Assembly (NCBI GenBank): GCA_964035545.1
Contig: OZ037765.1
Location: 12,968,698-13,032,697, forward strand
Source: Bugula neritina
Lineage: Eukaryota > Animalia > Bryozoa
Direction of reading: 5' to 3'
Length of the DNA stretch: 64,000 nucleotides
Every line of letters begins with the position of its first letter. The stretch's first letter is position 1. The translations under genes were made by a program, and so were the position numbers. Below, one piece after another: positions 39,763 through 50,215 of the stretch. The notes beneath the pieces are model-generated. The model did not search any database. It was not told where the DNA came from and saw nothing but the letters and a program-made list of their open reading frames with translations.

Positions 39763-42700
39763 TGTAACAATGTGGATTGCGTGTAAAGGGAGAGTAAAAG
39801 TTTATTCTGCACTGCTTGTACTCGCTATAACAACTGCCTGCTTTACAATCAAGCACTAATAATATTGCACTCAAAACCATGACTAATAAAATAAGTACAT
39901 TAACCTTTCACACATAATTGGTAAAACAGATGTGGACACTTAGCCAGGATACAACAACCCTTTCTTTCTTGAAAAAGCTTTAATACTAACATAATAAAAA
40001 TTTATAACAATTCAACAAACTTCAGGTAAACCAAAACATAATACCATAAAATTAATACTGAAATAAACTAAGTAAAGCCAAATTACAGTGAACCTTGAAA
40101 AGCTATAGTTTACATAAAATGCATAATATCAAACTAAAGCAACTAAACTAAGTACAGTGAGCAGTGTGAAATGAGCTGAGGGCAAACCTGCAATGAAGGA
40201 CATACAGAGCCACCACCGAATCCCACAGCCACAACACACAGCCCCAGCAAGACATGTCAACCAACTACTAGCAAGTATCAGACTGGTCCAGATTACACAA
40301 GTCTCGAACCAACACAAACACTAAGTAAACCAGTCAAGTCACCCTGTAAATTGCAATATGAACTCTACAAACTAATAAGACTAACAACTAATAAACTAAT
40401 CTACCAAGCAATAAAGAATTTAATGAGTCACTGTGACCCCATATCTATCAGGAGGTTTCCTGTTTCTCAAAGGCCTATCAGTAACAGCAATAGCCTGACT
40501 CGAAGTTGGAGTCAGTGGTTTGACATCCGACACATTTCTGCGTTTCTCAACACCTTCTTTAGACTGGACTACGACCTCTGACCCTTGTTTGCTAACAACC
40601 TGTTGAGACTCCGGATCATATGTTGCACTGAGCTTGTCAGTTTTATTCTGACGAATCAAGACTTCATCTCCTACACTGACATCGGGCATATGAGCCTGAT
40701 TACTCAAGTAACTCTTACTCTTCTCCTGTGCAACTGCTTGGCGGTCTCGTACCTCTTCATCTAGTCTGTTTGACTTCTCTAAGCAAGGAAGCTTCGTTTG
40801 GAGTTTTCTCCCCAACATGAGTTCTGCAGGAGAAACACCAGTAACAGAGTGTGGTGTTGAACGATAACTTAGCAGAAATTTTCTCAACTCAGCTTTATGG
40901 TCTTTGCCTGAAATGTGAGCTATCTTGAGTGCTTTCAATAGGCTCCTATTTTGTCTCTCCACTTCACCATTGGCAGCCGGCCACATTGGTGTGGTGGACA
41001 TCCAGAATACACCATACTCATTTAGAAATTCCTGAAATGATTGACTAACAAACTGTGGTCCATTGTCAGTTCTAATACTTGATGGAACTCCCCATCTACA
41101 GAACATAGCTTCAATAGCTTCAACTATTTTTGTAGCAACTGTTGACCTCAGAAATGCTACCTCAAAATAACGACTGTAATAGTCAACCACTACGAGAATA
41201 CTCTCTCCATTGGGTAATGGACCCAGTAAATCACAAGCAATGTGTTCCCATGGCTTGTCTGGCATTTTTGTACTGGACATGGGTGGTGGTCTGCTCGGTG
41301 CACTGACAAGCTGGCACTCATAGCAACCTTTACAAAACCTCTCTACGTCCTGATCCATGCCTGGCCACCACAATTTTGTACGCAACAACTGTTTTGTCTT
41401 ACTTGTACCCTGGTGACCCTCATGAGCCAACTCCACTGCTACTGACCTTAATGACACAGGCATTACAATCCTATTGCCCCTCATGACTACTCCTTCAACT
41501 TCAGCTAGTTCAGTCATGACAGCTTTGTATGCAGGAAGGCAGTTTGACCATAGGCCACTGATTAGTGACTTTCTAACCTGGCCCATCTCCAAACATTTAG
41601 CAGCAGCCTTTTTAATTTCATTAAAACTCATTGCCTTGGGCACTGACAGTTTAGCTATCATCATTACATACTCATCAGCAACATTATTCACATTATAAGG
41701 GGTATGCTCATCAACTGACAAACGAGACAGTGGGTCAGCTATGTTCATTGACCCCGGCTTGTAGACCACCTCATAGTCAAATGCTTGTAGCCTAAGCACC
41801 CAGCGTTCAATCCTAGCTGATGGTTTTGAGTTTACACGATTGAAAATAAATTCCAACGGTCTATGATCAGTCACTAACCTAAACTTAGTTCCAATCAAGT
41901 ATATGGCAAAGTGTTCACAGCCCCATACTATAGCTAAAGCTTCCCTCTCAGTCTGAGAGTATCTGCACTCCACAGCTGACAGACTGCGATGCCCATATGC
42001 AACAACTCTCTCACAACCACCAACACGTTGACTTAGAACAGCACCTAAACCATACGGACTAGCATCAACTGTAACAGTTGTCTCAGCATTTGGGTTGAAA
42101 TAAGCTAGTGTTTTGCTCTGAGCCATCATAGATTTGATTTTATCAAAGGCAGCTTGCTGCTCACTAGACCACTGAAACTTACTTGCTTTCTTTACTAACC
42201 TCAGCAGAGGCTCAGCATGTGTAGATAAGTTAGGAATGAATTTACCCACAAAGTTCACAAGACCTAGGAAACTACGCAGCTCTGTAACATCCTTTGGGAC
42301 CCTAGCTTGTACAATTGCTTTGACTTTCTTGTCACTTACTGATATACCTTTGTCCGAAATATCATAGCCTACATAAGTGATCTTGCTACAGCCAAATTTG
42401 CACTTTTCAGCATTTAATGTCAACCCTAGTTTACTCATGCGCTTGAAAAATGCTCTAAGCCTAGCATCGTGCTCTTGTTTGTTACTGCCATATATAACAA
42501 TATCATCAGCATAATTTTGGCAACCCTCCAAATCTGCTATAGATCTCTGTATGTGATACTGATAAACTTCACTAGCAGATGCTACCCCAAAATTAAGCTT
42601 CTTATATCTGAATACCCCAAATGGTGTGGCAAATGTTGTAATAGCCCTAGAGGCTTCATCAAGTTCTAACTGATGGTAACCAAGTTTTAAATCTGCTTTG

Positions 42701-44574
42701 CTAAAAACTTTAGCACCATTGAGATTGTACATCAGCTCTTTGACTGTAGGAATTGGATGCCTTTCCCTAATTATTGCTTTATTAGCTTGTCTCATGTCTA
42801 CACATAAACGTATATCATTACCATCCTTAGGCACAGTGACAATAGGACTAACCCAAGGTGTAGGACCCTCAACTCGCTCAATAATATCGGCAGCAAGCAA
42901 TTCATCAATTTTAGCCTTAGCTTTATTCCTATGACCAAATGGCATGCGTCTTACTGGTTGAGCAACTGGCTTGACATTAGGATCTATGTGTAAAGAGACC
43001 TGCAAATCCTTCAACAAACCAACACCCGCAAAGCACTCAGGAAACATATCCAACCACGACTGCCCATCACCGCTAGCAAGATCCGATGAAGCAAAGTGAA
43101 CCCCCTCATCTACAGGACCAACCCTCAGCACACCCAACTGCTCAGATGTACTTTTACATAACAATGTAGTAGCAGTACCATTAAATATGTAAAACTTAGC
43201 ATGCACACATTTACCAGTAGAAGGCACAAAAACATTTACATCAGTTTCACCTATCAAGTCTAAGCATGCAGATTTGTTACCATAAGCAAATAATTGTTTG
43301 GTTGTTGGTTTTACTACACAACCTACTAATTTAGCAGTATTTCTATCTAATAAATTGCTAGAAGCTCCTGAGTCAATTAGTACAGATAAATTGGTATTGT
43401 TCACCTGAACTGAGAGCTTAGCTGACCTTGCTGCATTGATGTTGAACATCTCACCTCCAGTATTGTCACTAACAGTAAACAAGGCTTCAATATCATCCTC
43501 AGTATCAGCAGTATACTTCTTAGCACTATTATCCATAGAGTTTATCTGTCCCTTAGCTCCTCTGCAAAACTTGGCCCCGGCAAAATGTCCTTTCTTGCCA
43601 CATGATCTACACATCTTTGTGCGAGCTGGGCATTCCTCTGAAGAGGCTACATGCCTTGTAGATCTGCACCTGAAACAGCTCTTTTCCTTTGACGTATAAT
43701 GTGTGTCTTTCTTGTGTGGTTTACTTCTGCCATTCCTCACATTATTTACAGCAGCTCCAGAGCTATGAATGTCCGCACTTTGCATACTGACAGCTTCCTC
43801 CGTTTGAGAAATAGAAATTACATGGGCCAGTGTCAATTCTGAGCCTCTCTCTAGTAATTTCCTACGTAGATGACTAGACTTACATTTTTCAATTACCTGA
43901 TCTCTAATTACATTGTCCACATCGTCATATTCGCAGGTAATAGCAAGCTGTCGTAGTCTTGTGATGTAGTTTGTGATTGTCTCCCCACTCGTCAGCTCTG
44001 TTCTACGAAAAACTGACCTTTCATAGGGAATGTTCGTCTTGGGTGTAAAGTGACTATCTAGTGCTGCCATAGCCCTGGCATATTCATTAGCACCCTCTCC
44101 AGCTGGCAGTACTTCAAATATGTCTTGCACTTCTTCGCCAGCCATGTTTAATAGCAGTGCCTTTTTCTGAGCAGCATTTGTAACCCCTCTCCCTACAACA
44201 AAGTACTCAAACGCCCTCTTCCACTTCTTCCACCTTGATCCAACAGTCAGGGGATCTGTAGACACAGAAAAAGTCCTCACGTTGCTTGTACTAGTGTCCA
44301 GAGAGACAGCCATGGTTAGAAATTGCCCAGAGTAGTAATATTCCAGTTGTAAGTAATATAGTTTATATTCTCGTCGCCATTGTAACAATGTGGATTGCGT
44401 GTAAAGGGAGAGTAAAAGTTTATTCTGCACTGCTTGTACTCGCTATAACAACTGCCTGCTTTACAATCAAGCACTAATAATATTGCACTCAAAACCATGA
44501 CTAATAAAATAAGTACATTAACCTTTCACACATAATTGGTAAAACAGATGTGGACACTTAGCCAGGATACAACA
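39763..44574 (-). mobile_element. Full-length Ty3/Gypsy (Mag-like) LTR retrotransposon
   Basis: The 194-bp LTRs (44381-44574, 39763-39956) are identical by eye and run TGTTG...TTACA. The TSD is GTTCT (39758-39762, 44575-44579). The PBS TGGCGACGAG at 44379-44370 is complementary to the tRNA-Ser(GCU) 3' end. A PPT AAGAAAGAAAGGG precedes the 3' LTR. Confidence 0.97.
40420..44313 (-). CDS. Gag-Pol polyprotein (single ORF, 1297 aa from ATG 44313)
   Basis: Gag with two zinc knuckles (CFRC..H..C, CRSCGKKGH..C), protease IDSGA, RT (YADD), RNase H (VDAS, TDHRPL) and integrase (HEGH..CYEC, DLLGP, RTDNGPQF, NGEVER), in Gypsy order with no stops. Confidence 0.96.
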   Translation of the reverse strand: MAVSLDTSTSNVRTFSVSTDPLTVGSRWKKWKRAFEYFVVGRGVTNAAQKKALLLNMAGEEVQDIFEVLPAGEGANEYARAMAALDSHFTPKTNIPYERSVFRRTELTSGETITNYITRLRQLAITCEYDDVDNVIRDQVIEKCKSSHLRRKLLERGSELTLAHVISISQTEEAVSMQSADIHSSGAAVNNVRNGRSKPHKKDTHYTSKEKSCFRCRSTRHVASSEECPARTKMCRSCGKKGHFAGAKFCRGAKGQINSMDNSAKKYTADTEDDIEALFTVSDNTGGEMFNINAARSAKLSVQVNNTNLSVLIDSGASSNLLDRNTAKLVGCVVKPTTKQLFAYGNKSACLDLIGETDVNVFVPSTGKCVHAKFYIFNGTATTLLCKSTSEQLGVLRVGPVDEGVHFASSDLASGDGQSWLDMFPECFAGVGLLKDLQVSLHIDPNVKPVAQPVRRMPFGHRNKAKAKIDELLAADIIERVEGPTPWVSPIVTVPKDGNDIRLCVDMRQANKAIIRERHPIPTVKELMYNLNGAKVFSKADLKLGYHQLELDEASRAITTFATPFGVFRYKKLNFGVASASEVYQYHIQRSIADLEGCQNYADDIVIYGSNKQEHDARLRAFFKRMSKLGLTLNAEKCKFGCSKITYVGYDISDKGISVSDKKVKAIVQARVPKDVTELRSFLGLVNFVGKFIPNLSTHAEPLLRLVKKASKFQWSSEQQAAFDKIKSMMAQSKTLAYFNPNAETTVTVDASPYGLGAVLSQRVGGCERVVAYGHRSLSAVECRYSQTEREALAIVWGCEHFAIYLIGTKFRLVTDHRPLEFIFNRVNSKPSARIERWVLRLQAFDYEVVYKPGSMNIADPLSRLSVDEHTPYNVNNVADEYVMMIAKLSVPKAMSFNEIKKAAAKCLEMGQVRKSLISGLWSNCLPAYKAVMTELAEVEGVVMRGNRIVMPVSLRSVAVELAHEGHQGTSKTKQLLRTKLWWPGMDQDVERFCKGCYECQLVSAPSRPPPMSSTKMPDKPWEHIACDLLGPLPNGESILVVVDYYSRYFEVAFLRSTVATKIVEAIEAMFCRWGVPSSIRTDNGPQFVSQSFQEFLNEYGVFWMSTTPMWPAANGEVERQNRSLLKALKIAHISGKDHKAELRKFLLSYRSTPHSVTGVSPAELMLGRKLQTKLPCLEKSNRLDEEVRDRQAVAQEKSKSYLSNQAHMPDVSVGDEVLIRQNKTDKLSATYDPESQQVVSKQGSEVVVQSKEGVEKRRNVSDVKPLTPTSSQAIAVTDRPLRNRKPPDRYGVTVTH

Positions 44575-45331
44575 GTTCTATAACCCTGTTTATAATGCGG
44601 AGAGACAACGTGGCCAATATATGAGCCTCCAATCAAATGCGGAGAAGGCATGTGACAAACATTGACCGGGAGGACCTGCCGAAACACAAGTAGTAGAGCG
44701 TCTAGGCTAACTATAGAGAGACACACTTATCTGGCTGTATCGTTATCACATATTCTGTACCTTGATACCTAAATGTAACTATTTTCTTTTATATTCTATA
44801 TTGTGTAAATATATGATTCTAATTCCCACGGTATATCAAGTGTTGTAGCTTCTCGATTGCATAATAACCAAGATGCAGTAATTGAAGGCATATGAAACCC
44901 ACCACAGTAATATAATCGCAAAGATTATAACAGTATTACTATTAGTATTAGTATTACTGCTAGATTTAGTATTATTATAACTATAAGTATAACTATAAGT
45001 ATAACATTAATTATAACTATACTGTGTTACTGTTATAACTTACAGCAATACTATTAGTACAACTAAAAGTATAAAATTAAGTATAACTATGACTATGGCC
45101 CATGGGCATGAGATTGAGTATAACTAATAGTAATAATATAGTATTAGCATTACTATTAAATTTAGTATTACTACTAGCAATATTAATAGTAAATGTAATA
45201 GTAATAGTATAAGTATTATTATAACTATAAGCATAACGCATTAACTTTAAGTGATTAACAGCAACACTCAGTCTCACACTCACACTGCGACAGTTGCCGT
45301 TGGTCACGCCTATCGGACAGTTACGTTAGGC

Positions 45332-46021
45332 CAGTAATTCCCAACCTTTTTCATACCATTCCCCTTTTTCATAAATGTTGACTATTAATTCCCCCCCCCC
45401 CCCCCCCGGTTTGAAGAGCAAAAAGGTTTTATGACTTACTGAATGAGAACATATGATACAATGCAATATATTTTGTTTTATTATATTTGCATATACTATA
45501 ATTATCATAATAGTAAATTCATCGTTATTTTTATGTTATAAAACACAGAGCAGTTCAATTATTAATGTTATGGCTTCATTTGATGCTTTTGTGCCAGCTT
45601 GCTTAAGCCTGGCTCTGTTTTTGATCAGGACCATTTTAAGTCACCCTGCAGGTTAAGGCAGTTTCTTATCTTTCGAGTTGATGAGAATCCTACCTCACAT
45701 AGATAGGTGGTACTGGAGGGCACCAAAACTCTGCTTTGTCAGCTATGTGTGGGAAGAGTTTGCTTGTTGAAACTCAGAATGGTTTAGGTAGAAATGGAAC
45801 ATGTAAAAATGGCACAGGTAATAACAAAACAAATAGAAAAGTAGGTAAAAATGGCACACTGCTGTTAAATTTTTCCAAACTCAAACCCTCCACTCCAAGC
45901 CCCCAACCCTTGAACCCGAACCCCCACCCCCTAACTAAAACCCCTACCCCCAAACCCCATAACCCCTAAAATGTCCAAATTCTCCCCTAGGGGGTAATTC
46001 CCCCCAGGTTGGGAACCACTG
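45332..46021 (-). mobile_element. Internally deleted hAT (Buster/Charlie-type) DNA transposon
   Basis: TIRs are CAGTAATTCCCAACCT and CAGTGGTTCCCAACCT (reverse complement), and both flanking 8-mers begin CGTTA. Minus strand ~45570-45750 reads VLVPSSTTYLCEVGFSS..RNCLNLQGDL..SKTEP, the hAT dimerisation C-terminus. A partial MITE copy is nested at ~45778-45970. Confidence 0.8.
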
Positions 46022-46049
46022 CGTTACTGTTAGGCATAGCTTTAAATTT

Positions 46050-47790
46050 AAAATTATCATTATCATTATGACTATCATTCCTTATTATTGATATTATAAT
46101 TATCATTATCATTGTGATAAACTTGAAGTGATTATGATTATCATTATCATTATGCCTGTAGCACTGCCACTAGCCGTAGGCTGTAAGTGTACGTGTAATT
46201 AATACTAATACTAATACTAATAGTAATACTAATACTAATAGTAATACTAAGTCTAATACTAATAGTAATAGTTATAGTAATTAAGTTTAACTAATTTACT
46301 AAATCTAATTAGTAATTAGCTATCAAATTTATTTACAGCTATACAAAAAGATGTTTGTTGTATAGCTGTTGATGATCATTATCATATATTTATATAAAAA
46401 AAGTATTATTGATGTTTATACTTTACAGCATTTACCCAAATGTTGTAATTAGTATTACGATTATAAAACCGAGCAATCACTACACAGCCGCCAGCACGTT
46501 TATGTTCATGTTGTGTAGTTATCGTCGTCGAATAACATTTTTGCTAAACTTTAAACTGGGAGGGATAACTCTGTTGGTATATTATCATAAAGTATAAACA
46601 AAAGGATGTATATCACGTTGACTATGAAATAAATGAAGACGATATATCATAGACTTAGAACCATAGAATTATCCTTCTCAAACATCGACTGAAACTATGA
46701 AAAACAACATAGAGCTATTCAGCAGAAAATAAAATTATGGCTAAAGATCATTTGACTGAAGATCGCTGGAAACAACGCAAAGTTTGGAAGTTATTGAGTG
46801 CAATGCTTTTATAAACGTCTTTGTCCAAACTCCAGGCCCCCAACGCCAAACTCAATACCCCAACCACTGGACTCAGTGACCACCAAAACTGTGCTCTTTT
46901 AAGCGATTTCCGAAATCAGAGACCAAGGTCTGTTTTGAACTCGTTGACTGCTGTGAATAAAACATTTCCCTCGAAATAAACAGGAAAATTTCGTCAAGCT
47001 GAAGCTCCTTATAGGTTTTTTACTTTGAATTTCATTAAATTACTCTTAGCCCTTATGAGCACAAAATTTAAAAAGCAAACTTCAACTTAAAGTAGTTTTA
47101 AGTTTCAGTTCAACGTTATGAAATTAATTTTAAATATAAATATTAAATTTAATACAATATTAATATTATTATATAATAATATATAGTTATACTTACACTT
47201 ACAGTTATACTTAATAAAGTATGCTTAATCTTAATAATAATTGTTATAGATATAAAATATTATAGTTATTACTATTAGTATAATTATAAATTGCATAATA
47301 ATGATTATAGTTTGAGACTTAAACTGAGACTGGAAGTCAGTCTATATTTACTAATTTAATAATACTATAAGTATAACTATAAGTATAACTATAGTATAAC
47401 CGATAGCTATGCCTATACGTATAGTATTATTATTACTAGTCTAACTCTAGTCTATTGCTAATAGTAATAATTATAATAGTTATAATAGTGATTATCATTA
47501 TGAATACTGTAATACTAATTATCATTATGGCTAAAATTATTTCAACCCGACTGCTTTAGAATTAGTCTACACTTTACACTCTACTAGCTCTTAAAATGTG
47601 TCATATTTCAATCATTATTTTAATCATAGGCATGTAAATAAATAAAATTTGATTTTTATGTCGCCCTTTACTTAATTGTTACTTTTATTATTTAATCTTA
47701 ATGAGTAATAACCATAAATAATAAACTCCTAATTTTAATTCTTATGCTAATAGCAATACTAATAGTAATAGCTATGCAGTTTTGCATATT
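46050..47790. repeat. Degenerate (ANT)n arrays flanking the putative promoter (46050-46330 and 47150-47790)
   Basis: Runs of ATTATCATTATCATTATG, ACTAATACTAATAGTAAT and ACTATAAGTATAACTATA. Confidence 0.7.
46480..47010. promoter_or_regulatory. Putative bidirectional promoter / non-coding first exons of TIMM23 (-) and FNTA (+)
   Basis: The genes are divergent, and the FNTA first coding exon is preceded by a splice acceptor (TTGCAG ~50198). This segment is relatively CpG-rich and is flanked on both sides by (ANT)n arrays. Inference only. Confidence 0.35.
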
Positions 47791-50215
47791 GCAATAATAT
47801 TGACTTTAAAGTCTAAAACCTTAATTAAAAGATATCAGCTTTAAATTGAGATATCAGGCCTAATTATAATGAATTTAGGCTTTATGTATAAACTTCTACA
47901 ACATCTTGATCTTATTTTTCTTAAGTTTATCTTGACTTTGTAAAAGTTAGAGTTTTTTAGTGACGTCTTATGGAACAAAGTTTGAGTGTTCTTATATTGT
48001 TATTTTAGATTTAATATGTGTGTAAGGAATATCATTTTAGCATGTAAGGGAAGTTACTGTGTTGAGAGATAATATTCAAGAGAGATCATTAGTGGAAAAT
48101 TATTGTAAAAAGAGTCTGGTCATGCAGAAATATAAGTTGTTTTTTAACAGATTGAATGCTAGTTTGGTTTGAGAGTTATCGATATGTTTTAATAATTCTG
48201 GTAAATGTTTCATTGAGTTTTTGGGAATTTTTTTGCTGTTTACTTTGTTTAATGGCTTACAAACTTCCCTTAACAAAGTTTTTTCTACTGCTTTGGCAAA
48301 GCTGCTTTTAACATTTTAGATAGTTAAGATTTCTAGTTTGTCTGTCATATTTTTGATGTGGTTGTTGAACTAAGAGGGTATTTTGTCCTGGATATTCTCA
48401 TGAGAGAGAGTCAGTTATGGCCTGTTCAAGTGTCATCAAGTAAGCATCCCACATTTTAAGGACTACTCCAGTTCTTTATATGGTGTAGAGCATTATTATT
48501 TCATTTGTGAAAACTTCAACATTTTTTTTCAACTAAGATCTGCATGATGTCATCATACTTTAGGTAGTATTAGTTTTCAATTATTTTTATATCAAGTTTA
48601 ATGCATTATGAAGGGCGAAACAATAACAGTGACTAGGCATATACATAGTTATGGTATTTACTATGACTTGTAAGTTATACCTAGCTATAATTTTATGACT
48701 ATAAATGTGTAAACCTAAATCTCTCAGATATCAAATAAAAATTTTAAAATCGCACCCACTGAATAAGTAGCCATAAGTATAAAGTAGTATTTATGCTAAT
48801 ATATTTAAAAGTAATAATATTATTAATAGTAAGATCAGAGTTGTTCAATGTAATCCCAGTTTAAATTGTGATTCTGCAGCTAGTTAAATTGCATATTTCA
48901 AGTTATTTTGTTTATAATAGAAAAAAAAACATTTTAGTTACAGTTAGAGAAAGAAATATTTATGATATCGCATGCTCTGGTAACTGTTATATAAACCATC
49001 ACATCACCATTATAGTTTATGTCATTTTCTATCCACAAGCATTATCAGACAATTTTTTAAACTTTAGTTACCCCAAGTCTCTATACTTGTCAATAACTAA
49101 AATTATCACCAATTCTTAAATTCGAGATTGTTTTGATTTGTTGTTAGACAATTAAGCTCATTAAACAGAATCTAGAATCTAAAATTGAGTTGTAGCTGCT
49201 AAACTTAAAATTGGTCTTAAATAGTTACTATTTTCTGTTATTTGTTTCATTAGAGATTAGCTTATAAATAAATGTCTGGAATTCAATCTGCTTATCAGTA
49301 AATTGATAATGCTGGTCTGTTTTTCTGAAATTCCCTTTTTTACAATTATTACGCAGTTGTTATTATTATAATTGGCTAACAGATTGACTATAGTTAAATA
49401 TTACTTTATTTGAATTTTATGTTGACAATTCTGCTCATAAAAATAGCCTTTGTATGTCAAAGCAGCAGCTATTTTTAATTTTTGTGATTACTTCACACTT
49501 TTAAAACATAGTTCAATTTATAGAAAAACTCTAATTCAACTCCCATTTGATGCATGATTTCTATCATTCACTTGAATTGCAATATAAATTGCTAAGGAGT
49601 TTTTGAAGTAAACAAAACCAATCTGACGAATATAATTGTATTTTCAATTCTTTAGCTATGCAATACGCCCTGTTTTGGTTAATGGCATATTTATTTCAAA
49701 TAAGAAGCAGCAGTTGGAAAAGATAACTGGTTTACAATCTAACAAAACATTTAATATCTCAATATTCTGAGTTTTGACCAGCTGCATCATAAATCTATTA
49801 ACTCATTGTGATCTATTACTTTTAACGAAAGTTACGTATGCACCCCAGCAACCTACTCGTACTATAATTTTATATAATATTTTAAGAGAATAGTCATTAT
49901 TACAGTATATATTTTCTAAGTTAAGAGTTTTTCTTTAAATGTACAATGTCTTATTAATTGAAACCGGCACTAACCATAGTTGCTGAATCATTGTGTTTTT
50001 CAATGATGTTAGCCAATACAGATGATTCGCTTTAATGCAAGAAGAAGTGTGTATAAGTGAATATAACTTTGAAATAGCAAAACTCCACTTGCTGTGGCTT
50101 CCGCCCATCTTAGTTTAGAACTGCCAGCAAACAATGACACAAGTTAATTCTATTTTTACATACGCATCATTCTATGGTTGTTTTAATGCCACTTGCAGGA
50201 AGTTTAATAGTAAAT

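Larger units (their letters stand above)
39724..44932. mobile_element. Probable older solo LTR (~390 bp) interrupted by the Gypsy element
   Basis: Removing 39763-44579 joins 39724-39762 to 44580-44932. The result is a non-low-complexity segment running TGT...ACA, flanked by GTAT/GTAT (39720-39723, 44933-44936). Confidence 0.5.

Noticed and set aside
41242-43699. Short plus-strand ORFs within the Gypsy element
   Set aside because: They are antisense shadows of the gag-pol ORF.
44314-44430. N-terminal extension of the 1336-aa ORF
   Set aside because: It starts at a non-ATG codon inside the LTR and crosses the PBS. ATG 44313 (MAVSLD) is the plausible start.
47950-48550. Possible old LINE fragment on the minus strand (PS*FNNHIK)
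   Set aside because: Too degenerate to support a family call.
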